DNA of 64,000 bases. It comes from Eutreptiella sp. 'Long Island Sound 2002'. Its lineage: Eukaryota > Protista > Euglenida. Both the position numbers and the translations under genes were made by a program. The stretch covers positions 196,726,001 through 196,790,000 of the forward strand of contig OZ038378.1 of the NCBI GenBank assembly GCA_964036045.1, given 5' to 3'. Below are positions 26,108 to 35,339 of this stretch, piece after piece. Numbering within the stretch: position 1 is the first letter of the stretch; the number at the start of each line of letters is the position of its first letter. The notes under the pieces are model-generated. The model made no database searches. It was not told the DNA's origin and saw nothing but the letters and a program-made list of their open reading frames with translations.

Positions 26108-26346
26108 TCAACGTAGTCTGTAGGGTAATGGTCACTTTCGCGAAGCAAGGTGGCAAGGGGGGCACTTGAGGATGCCTCATCCACATCGATGCACGCCACC
26201 TTCACAGCTGGCTTGCTTGGGACGCCACGGCGGCGAATTTTTTTCGGAGGTGGTGCCTCCGGGACAAGGGAGTCACTGCTGTTGCTGCTGCTGTTGCTGG
26301 TGGTACTGAGGGTGCCCGCACTTGTAGAATCACCGTTGTCCGTATG

Positions 26347-28573
26347 TCAAGATGCGTCACTGGATCCCATAGAGGAATTACCAGAGCTGTCTGAAGTTGT
26401 TGGGTCAGGGTCTGGCGAATTATTTGTATCCACAATAATGCGCTTGTGCAGCTTGACAGCACGCATTGGTTGGGTCCGCTGTGTGGCCGAGTCCGACGCA
26501 CGACCAATATCAAAGGATGCGGCTGAGTCCTCGGCACTGTTTGTCACCACCGTCACCTTCGTCCCCTGTTCGCGGGTTGTACTATGCTTACCTACCACTA
26601 CCTTATCTTTTGCCCGTTCCTTGGCGAATTGTTTCCGCTGTTTTTTGGTTAGACAAGGGTTCGCACTGGCATAGTTGAATGTTGGCCACTGCCGTACCGC
26701 TGCCATCGTTGCAAGGGTCCAGCGCCGTTGTCCACTGCGCTGAGCACCACAACGGCCACAGATGCAGTACACATCCATTTGCGGCTGACAGGTGTCAGTG
26801 GTTATATATACTGACTGGGTGCTCATATGCATGTAGCACCTGGACGTATTGTTGTCCAAAATTTTTGCGAGCAATCGCTCGAACACTGCCCTCCACATGG
26901 GGGAGGCACTGACCACACACTGCTCCAAAACTACCCCCCGCCTCTCGGGGTGCCACAGATGGACCTCAGAGCGACGGGCACGGCGCCCCAGGAATTTGAC
27001 ATACATTTCATGACCCAACGTCTCTTCAATACTTTTGTCTGCCACGGTGGAGGTTAGGTGGGCCAAAGCGCTTGCCAAGCCTCAGATCCCTCTCTCTTGC
27101 ATCATCTGTACAGCCCATCGGTAACCGAGGCAGCTAGAAAACATGTTCCATACCATGACAATACAGGGTCTGTGTGCTACCTTCCTCACTATATTCCAGG
27201 ATAAGGTGCATCAGAAACACATGAAGCAGGCCCCAGATGCGCCATTCACTGGTGAGTATTTGCAGGGTACCACTATAGATCACAACAACGATGTGACGGA
27301 TCGAGAGGAACAACACATGGTAAGGCAACGGAAGAGCAACATCTTGTGCAAGCCGTGACGCAAGCGACCGGGCCTCCCGACCCGTCAGCGAAACACCGGT
27401 CCGGAAGCGGCGTCGCACTAACGAGCGATGCTGACGGGAGTCAACAGGCAGTTTTGTGATACCGTAGCGCTTTGCCACCGTAACTAGGTACTGGAATAGT
27501 ACATTTGCATCTGCGGGGGGTAATACGCGCCCAACAACGCTGCATGCACGACTAATGGCCCCTTTGATATTATGCAACACAGGTAGCATCGGAAAAGCAT
27601 TTTGCAGGCCAGTGGTGCCCGCAAATTTTGTGCAGGGGCGTTCATGAATGGGCAGCGGTTCATGTAGGAACATGTCCCGAACACCGTGTGCTCTTTCCCA
27701 AGGGCACACAACACAGGCACGCCCCCCGAGCTCCCACCATAGCTGATGGTGGTCAGCAATTACAAACTGAAAAGCAACCGTGACTTGCACACGGTGGACA
27801 CACCCGGCAAAACGCACAGGTACAACAAAAGGCTGCGCAGCTAGAGTATTCCACTCCCTAGGTCTATGCTCCGCCACCCAACCACTATAATCAACCTTGG
27901 ACATTTCTCGCCAGTTCAAAAAACCGGTTGTTTGGGGAATGTTTTCAACAAAAGGGAACAGTGTCCCTCCCAGGTCTACCATGGCAGCTACCAGGGCAAC
28001 ATTTGGACAGCCCCTGGGGGTGATTCCGTCACAAAAAATTGCAAGGGACAGAGTGCACTGGCCTGGTGGTGTAGAGGAGCGGCCCCTGCCTATTAGAGGC
28101 CCAGATTCTTTGAGAAGGTGTGCGACCACAGCCACCAGAAGCTTGTGATTCTCGGTGTCATAACTAAACTGTGGCAATATTATATTCTCCAACCCCCTCA
28201 ACCATTCAATTGACCGGCCAGGCTGTACCCGGTTTAGAGTCTTCGGTACCCTCTTTGAGGCCAAAGCTTCATGCCGAAGACGAAGCAAATCACTGGGCGA
28301 TGGCTGAGGCGGTTTGGACGTTGAAGGGTTGCTTTGGATTTGGCCACGGAGTCGACACTTGTATAGTGTGACACCCTCCGTCTTTGGAAGCCTTCTCTGT
28401 TTGATCTCGTTTAATGACATTGCTTTGGCTGCCGGGAACTCCCTGGTGTATGCCTCGTCCCAGCCTTGTGCTTGTTCTGGTACAGCGTAAAAGAAGGCGA
28501 GTCCTCGGTCAAGGGAAGGAGGTCCACGAACGGAGTGCAGCCACCCGTTCACCACAAGTTGGTGGAAGGACAT
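26347..28573 (-). pseudogene. RAG1-core-like DDE transposase (~740 aa; one stop at 27134-27136, one frameshift near 27065)
   Basis: Ordered motifs: LRGLENIILPQF, AIFCDG, FVIADHHQLWWELG, CVVC, PVLHNIKG, LTGREARSL, TLYCHGMEHV, ARERDLRLGKR, IEETLGHEMY, compared by eye with the RAG1 core (LRNAEKVLLPGY, ESCDG, GYDEKLVREVEG, CTLC, DALHCDIG, MNGNFARKL, TNYFHKTLAHV, GNESGNKLFRR, MEDVLKHHWLY). Confidence 0.75.
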
Positions 28574-28599
28574 TGGAGGCCTAATAAACGGAAAAGGGC

Positions 28600-28978
28600 A
28601 TGGTATTTGAGGGCTTTTGGTCAATGGAAAACCGTACTTTCAATCGCAAATTCACACTAATGCAACATCCCATGTCTCTCGGGCCCTTCCAATATGGTAT
28701 TTGAGTGCCTTTGGTCAATGGAAAACCGTACTTTCAATCGCAAATTCACACTAATGCAACATCCCATGTCTCTCGGGCCATTCCACTATGGCATTTGAGG
28801 GCTTTTGGTCAATGGAAAACCCTACTTTCAATCGCAAATTCACACCACTGCAACATCCCATGTCTCTCGGGTCATTCCACCAGGTATTTGAGGGCTTTTG
28901 GTCAATGGAAAACCGTAGTTTCAATCGCAAATTCACACTAATGCAACATCCCATGTCTCTCGGGCCATTCCACTATGG
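28600..28978 (+). repeat. 94-bp tandem repeat, ~4 units, same family as 25684-25860
   Basis: atggtatttgagggcttttggtcaatggaaaaccgtactttcaatcgcaaattcacactaatgcaacatcccatgtctctcggg; period 94. Confidence 0.9.
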
Positions 28979-29439
28979 ATTTTGTTTCCCCGTCAGCCGC
29001 AGAGACGAGGCCGGGGGGCAGGCCGAGGTGTGCGAAAAAACCTGCATGGCCTGGAGTGCCTGGTGCGCGCACCTCTGGGCCAGCACATCACGAGCCTTGC
29101 ATACGACATGTGTGCACGGAAAACCACGCTGTTGCAAGGCGGCTTGTAGGCTACTATTGTGTGGCGAGTTCGCTGGGTCAACAATAGTACACGTATACTT
29201 TGTAACATCCCGCGTGGGGGGGGCGGCCACGCGGTCGCCCCCCCCTCCACCTTGGCCTTTTTGGCCGGTGGTTCACACACACAAGGAAAAGCGGAACCTG
29301 AATCAGACAGAGAATCACCAGCCTTACGTTTACCAGCCTTACGCAAAGGCAGTGCATCAGGGCCCAGGACTTGAATGGCATAGCAGTGAGCAGATGTGGG
29401 GGCTGAACCAGTGACCTCCGCGATCCCCGTGCTCTGCAC
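28973..29439 (-). pseudogene. Element-internal ORF-Z (frameshifted, unknown function)
   Basis: 28993..29439 (NLS-like PPAKKAKV) appears to continue in frame 28973..29230 (TKYTCTIVDP..LQAALQQRGFPC) after a C-run. Confidence 0.35.
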
Positions 29440-29489
29440 AATCAGATCAAGAGGACGAAAATCTTCTTGCGGGGATACCAGCTTGCGTG

Positions 29490-30017
29490 CTACCCCCTTG
29501 CCACGGAGGAAATATAGTTCTTGGCGGCCTTGTTGAACGTCTCGGTCCCCGGCGCATAGTCCTTGAAAAGCCGCTCCCGCACCTTCCGCGACGCAGTACC
29601 CGCCTTCTTGAGAGCCCGCGGTCCGGCTTTCCGCTGGTCCTGGACGGTCTTCTTCGCCTTTGCCACCAAGGCCCCCAAGGTTTGCTTCAACGTCGTCAAA
29701 CCTTCACGGGCCTTTCCAAGGTCATCCTTGGTGAGGCCCGTGAGGTCTGCCTCCAGCCGCTCGTAGAAGTCCCTCTCCATGCCATGGTCCTTCTGGCACT
29801 GCGCCCACAGGTGCCGCGTTCCTTCTTGCAGGGCCCAAGATCTCCAATACATCATCAGCGGTCCCCAGGGTCGTTCGACGAGGTAAAAGCTGTTGGTGCT
29901 GCCCTCCACGCCAAACCAATTACCCACGTAATAGGCCCATCCGGCAGGATGGTCCTCCCGACGGCCGTCCCTCTTGGCCATGGCGTTTTTGGCGAAGGCG
30001 AATACGGAGCTGGACAT
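29490..30017 (-). CDS. Element-internal ORF-Y, 175 aa, aromatic N-terminal half plus basic coiled-coil; unknown function
   Basis: ATG start, GC3-rich codons, uninterrupted, inside the TIRs. Confidence 0.55.
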   Translation of the reverse strand: MSSSVFAFAKNAMAKRDGRREDHPAGWAYYVGNWFGVEGSTNSFYLVERPWGPLMMYWRSWALQEGTRHLWAQCQKDHGMERDFYERLEADLTGLTKDDLGKAREGLTTLKQTLGALVAKAKKTVQDQRKAGPRALKKAGTASRKVRERLFKDYAPGTETFNKAAKNYISSVARG

Positions 30018-30099
30018 GGTACGAAGAGCAGAAGTTATGGTAGCAGAAGCAGCATAGGGCTTGGGGCAAAGGAAGGGGAGGTTTTAAAATAGAATAGAA

Positions 30100-31119
30100 T
30101 AGAAACCCAGTACGCCACCTACTTCTCCCCCTCCGCGTCCCCAATCGGTTGAGGTGGCTGCGAGGCAGCTTGCCACAGTTGCAGTACAAACCGCTGCTTT
30201 TTCCGCGGTGGCTCAGGTGCTGCCGGCGGTTTGGGGAGGAGGCGGAACTCAATGGCCCAAAGGAAACCAGACTCATGGACTTGGGGTTGGGTTGGTAGTT
30301 GAGGTCAAAAAACTGACCCGCAGGGGGTGTGACACACCGGGTGTATGTCCCACACTCTACCTCATCCCAACAGTTGCGTGCACTGTGATCATGGTCCGGC
30401 ATGTGCAACACCGTAATCCGCGCGCGTGAAACGGACACAAAACGGGGCTGCGGGTCTTCCGCAAAGACATCGTTAATAATCGCGCAAAGGGACTCATGGG
30501 GTTTGTGGATGGATAAAAGACAGTGGCGGAAACGGTGGGACTATTTTCTTGCAACGCCGGCTTTTTCACCGCAAAATCGGATTCCTCCAACCAGCCCTTT
30601 AGCATATCAGGTGTCCAATTAAGGGTTTCCAATGCACGATTCGCATTCTCCTTCAGGAACAGCCAGGCGTCGTACCCCTCAATATCCTCTGGGGATGGGT
30701 CGAGACGGTCCGCGGGCGGTGTACGCAGGCGCTCAGGGAAGGGGACAATTTCCAAATGCCGATATGCAGTGCCAAGCGAAGTTTCCTCCTTGGAGGGGGC
30801 CAGATCGGAGAACGCCATACGCGCGGTTTTGAGTTCCAGCTCAAATCTTTTGGCCAGCACGGAATAAAACACCGTATTTTTGGATTTTGGTTGATTGTCC
30901 GCAGGGAAAACGCGTTGTATCCAAACCCGGAACTGGTTGGGTTGCAGGTACGCGCGCTCCTTGTGTTCCACACAATAGGTGGCCAGGATTGCTTGTAATT
31001 GCGTTTGGACGTGCATTTTTCCTAGTTTTTCCCGGTTGTACCACATCCGCATCAACCTCGAAAATTACCAACGGTTCAGCTGGAGCAATGGCTGGCACAG
31101 GAGAAGACGAGTCAGACAT
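30100..31119 (-). pseudogene. Element-internal ORF-X (frameshifted), possible winged-helix DNA-binding region
   Basis: ATG at 31119 (MSDSSSPVP..) shifts into 30357..31055 (LATYCVEHKERAYLQPNQFRVWIQRVFP..VFYSVLAKRFELE), spacing reminiscent of RFX/D5-C winged helices; later Cys-rich segment LYCNCGK in another frame. Confidence 0.45.
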
Positions 31120-32061
31120 TATGCAAGTCGAAATACTACACAAGAGGAAGGGCGTACATGCTGCGAGGATAGGGTAACCTTCAGCTATTGGGTGTTGCAC
31201 CACGCGGCACCACCACCCGTGTCAGCTCACCCTTCTTATGTCCCCCCACTCAACACTATAGACCCTGAAAAATCAATCTAGTATTCAATTCAACACAAAG
31301 ACCCAAAGCACCTCATACAAACAGCACAAAAAAATTTCCGTCATGTGCATGTACAGGTACCATCCACAACAATCATTGTTTGACTCTACCAGGGGGTGGC
31401 CCCTCACCTTACGTTACCATGGTCCATGGTCCCCCATACCTCCAGTGCCGTACAAATAGGCACCTTCATCGGACGCGGCCGGCACTTAAGGGGCTCTCCG
31501 GTCAAGAAAATATATGTGAAGAACAACAATGGTGATGCACAGTGCACATTGGGCACGGCATGTGGAGGGAGGAGGGATGTTAAGGGTGGAGGTTATGTAG
31601 CAAAAGATCTGTCAAACAAAGGAATGATAGTGGGTTGGGCACATTGGGAAACGCATCTGGTGGGGTGTTCAATGGGTTGAGTCTGACCTGACTTTTCTGA
31701 AAACGCCTACCGATTGGGTAAGGCACATTGGCAAAAATCCCTGAGGAGGATCCCGACCGGCCCCCGCATAAATATAAAGTGATGTCCCGAGCGCCCACCG
31801 GAAAAATCCCAAGCGATTTCCCAAGCGGCCACCAGATAAATCCCAAGCAATATCCCCAGCGCCCACCGGATAGATCCTGAGCGTTTTTCCGAGCAGCCAC
31901 AGAATTTACCCCGAGCGTTTTTTTTCGGGTCGGGATTTATCCTAGGCATTTTGGCAGCGATGGTTCCGAATCCCGACGCATACAGCCGGGTATTTTCGCT
32001 AAATCCTGTGGGAAATGGGTAGGGATTTGGACATAAGAAGCAAAGTGATTTGCGACATGTG

Positions 32062-35000
32062 CTGGAGCTGGCGTATCAAGCGCCAGACTTCTTGCTTCCG
32101 ACGCCAGGGTTGGGAGAACCATGGGTCGGTTAAAGTGGTTTTTAACTTGTCCAGCACCAGCTGGCCGGTGCGGTCTAATTCTGATTGTTCTGCATGTGCC
32201 GTCAAGACACGATACGCAATGTGTGGGTCCGAGACATCATATCCTTCGGACTGCAAAAATTCCTCGGCTCCTGGGGCCAAGGAGTGAATTGTGGACTCCC
32301 TCATCAGAACCTGGATTTCAGTAAAACCTGTATTACGATGTGCTTTCTCATATGTAAGGCCGCGTGTCGAATGAATGTCATAGAATCAGCCCACTGGGCA
32401 AAACCCGTGGTGGGAATGTGCTGTAGCTGTGAAGCGATGTCGTTCACCGTATCATCACATTCAAGAAACGATGTTGGGCATCTGCTACGACGTTGGTGGC
32501 TGTCGGTAGATGCACGTAAAGACAATACGACGGCTTTATGGTCTGATGAGGCAAGGAAACATGGAAAACATTCACACACATATGACATAAAAGCGGATGG
32601 AATCATAACGCGGTCAATCCGGCGTTGTCTGTCTATACTTGTGTCCGACAGGTCGAACTTGTGATGCTCGGTATCAGGGGCCGGTGTACCACTGGGATGC
32701 GCCGGTGGGAAACCCCACGTCCAGCCAGCAAGAGGGAAATTGTCAGTGCGGTCGGCATGCAGGGTTGCAAAAGCATCAATCAGCCCGTGTCGTGTCAGAA
32801 AAGATATTTCCTGTTCCCTGGCCTCCAGGACATCACGCTGTTCTGGACTGGACCTAGGCAGGGACACATCTCGGGTGGGTAGGATCACAGAATTATGATC
32901 AGAGAGGAAAATTGTGTCGGCCGGGATCAAATGACTAAGAGCAGTCATGTTTTCCCACTGTGACTTTCTGATGCTGGCGTCGTGATGGAAATGGCTAACT
33001 GCGAAGGAGTGCTCAATACCATCTGGGTCCTGCAGTCTGACAAAGAGAAAACGGCTGGACCAGGTCCAGCTGGCGATATGGGACCACGACTTGAAGTACA
33101 GGATGGCCGTCCCCCCCGTCCCTTTTTAGAAATGTTGGAGAGCAGCACGAGATCTTTCCGGTCAAAACCCTTGTGCAGGGTAAGGAGGGAAAGTTCGTCA
33201 GGAATGTGCGGCTCCTGTAATCCCATGACATGCAGTTTTTCGCGTCTAAAAAATTTGGCTACTTGGAGATAGCGCTGTTCCTGTCCCGTGCCATGAGGCA
33301 CAGGGGTGGAGAGGCCATTGGCGTTGAAAGTGCAAGCCCTCAGTGATGAGGCTGCGAACAGAGGGGGGGGGGGGGCGCTGATTCTCTTGTCCCCCTTGAT
33401 GGGCAGGATAGAAAGATGAACAGGCAGACGTCATGACTTGTCATTACGTGTTGCACGCGCATATGTGATCCGTCCAGAGGGCTGCTGGCGTTTGCGGGCC
33501 TCAAATGATTCACGTTTCATATCATTAAATTCAGAAAGGGGGATGATAGTGATGGTGGTCTGTTTCTGGGAATCATGCAGGATCGTGCTGGTCTGAGGAA
33601 GGTAGGGACCCTGTAGTTTCCAAGCCGCCGTACTCATGCGGCCGGGGTTCCAGGTTGACCTGGTAAGCATTTTCACCTCAAAGCCATTGGCACTCAGAAA
33701 ATTGCGCAGAGCGTCATCTTTCAGCCAGATAGGCACATTGTATGCTACAAGGGCCTGTGGAGGGGCAGGGCCGCTACCAGGTCCAGACGTGGAGGACCTC
33801 GATGAGCAGAAGAACTGGTTTCTGAGTGGGAGTCTGGATTAAACCAATCCCTTTGTTTTTCATCTTTAAAAAGTAGCCCATTGGCCTGTAGTTGCACGTA
33901 CGGTCCTTGGACAAAAGCATAGAGGTCCTCAGGGGCCTTCAGCCCTGGGTGCACCTTATTGTGTCCTGCTGTTTGGAGGGACCAGGATGTGGGGTCACAC
34001 AGGCACTCAGAAAGTGTGGTGTACAGTGTGAGCCAGAGGCCCTTGCTGTACTGATCCTTATGCGTTTTTTTATAGAAAACCTCCAACACTGCCTCTTGGT
34101 CGACAAAGGCAGTGCCATCAAATTCACCCATGGACATGACTGAAAAATGATCTTTCTTTTTGTGTGTGTCAATAAATTTAGTGCGCTCTTGCGGTTTCAG
34201 CTCAAGCAAGAAATTTTTTGACTGGGTTGGCTTATTTGGTGGGCACAGATTGATGGGTCCGGCTACGTTAAAACACTGGGCTCCGGTGAGGCCCATGTGT
34301 AGCATCGTTTGTGACATATCATTTTCAGTCATATGGATGGCAAAGGTGGACGTTGGCGGAGGGGGCAGCCAGGCGTCCTTGCTTTCCAAGGTGGAACCTT
34401 GTGACAGCAAGCGCACGGTGTTATACTCCGGCTTTAGCCTTTGGGACATGGAATGCAGGGTGAAACAAACCACCCAGAAATCGGTGTTGCCTCCCGCAGC
34501 CAATTGAACGCGCCTCGTGAGGTGCGAGAATGACACCGGCGTGGCTGACATTTTCTATAGTGCTTGGTCACACCACTGGCTGAAGGGTGTTTGGGATGTG
34601 GTGTCGATGAGCAGATCGAACCGATTTGGCGGGAGGTCCCTGTTCAGCCTGTGCTGCAGGTCCACTGCCTGTGATATTTCTCTATCCTTTAGGACAAGGA
34701 CAACATTGGAATGTGCTTTTGGAAAAACCGCTGCGAGTTCATCCGTTTTGAGTTTATCCAGGCCCTTCCAATTCCGTGCTGGGCCCTCTGTGTGAAAAAA
34801 CTGGTGTGACTGCAGACAAATGAAATCCTGTTCCCAACGGAACTGTAGCATTAATTGCTGTTGCTCAGAGTTCACAAGTGGGCAGCTGGTGTCTAGGGTT
34901 GGCAGTTTTTCCGTCCGTTCACGCATTGCATTGACAGCATCAACATTTTCCTGCGAGAAACCACACAGGGGGGCCTCAATTGGTCAGGTGTGGACCCGCC

Positions 35001-35300
35001 ACTTAGCTCCAGCCGCGCCTGCCTCACGACCTTCATCGCCATCTCAGTTCCATGATTGTCCGTGTCACGCAGACAGTGCTTTGCGGTTCGTCCCGTCCCT
35101 CGTCCCTGGATGGGGTAAGAGTCGGGCTGCTTCCACAGGGTTCAGGGCATTGTCGCCTTCGGACTGAGTTTGGGGCGTAGCGTTTGTTGTGTCCCACTTT
35201 GGCTCCCACCGTCGCACTGGCATGCTCGCTTGCGCTGGCCCCTCTCGGCCACACACCTGTGTTTCCGGGTCACCTGGTCGTGGGGGGTGGGGCGGTCAGA
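32062..35300 (-). mobile_element. LINE-B, 5' half: ORF1 and APE endonuclease (frameshifted)
   Basis: CTFNANGL, MGLQEPH, FLSDHNSV, RRIDRV, SSDHKAV (APE motifs, 32304-33340); ORF1 pieces 33431..33736, 33745..34551, 34555..34926. The 5' boundary is approximate. Confidence 0.85.
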
Positions 35301-35339
35301 GGTCACCCTTGTGGGCCACTGCCACCGGCCCTGGGCTAT

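Larger units (their letters stand above)
25133..32061 (-). mobile_element. 6.9-kb TIR DNA transposon with RAG1-core/Transib-like transposase and three extra ORFs, inserted in LINE-B ORF2
   Basis: Inverted ends CACATGTCGC-tccat-CGCTTTGCTTCTTATGTCCAAATC (25133-25171) and the reverse complement CACATGTCGC-aaat-CACTTTGCTTCTTATGTCCAAATC (32061-32024); removing it rejoins LINE ORF2 in frame (WRLIRQLQ|GEKTAPYLTDKDG). Confidence 0.8.

Noticed and set aside
29490-30017. ORF-Y as a RAG2-like kelch protein (YYVGNWFG..STNSFYLV..W)
   Set aside because: Only one weak blade-like segment, no GG doublets, followed by a coiled-coil; too short and in the wrong orientation for RAG2L.
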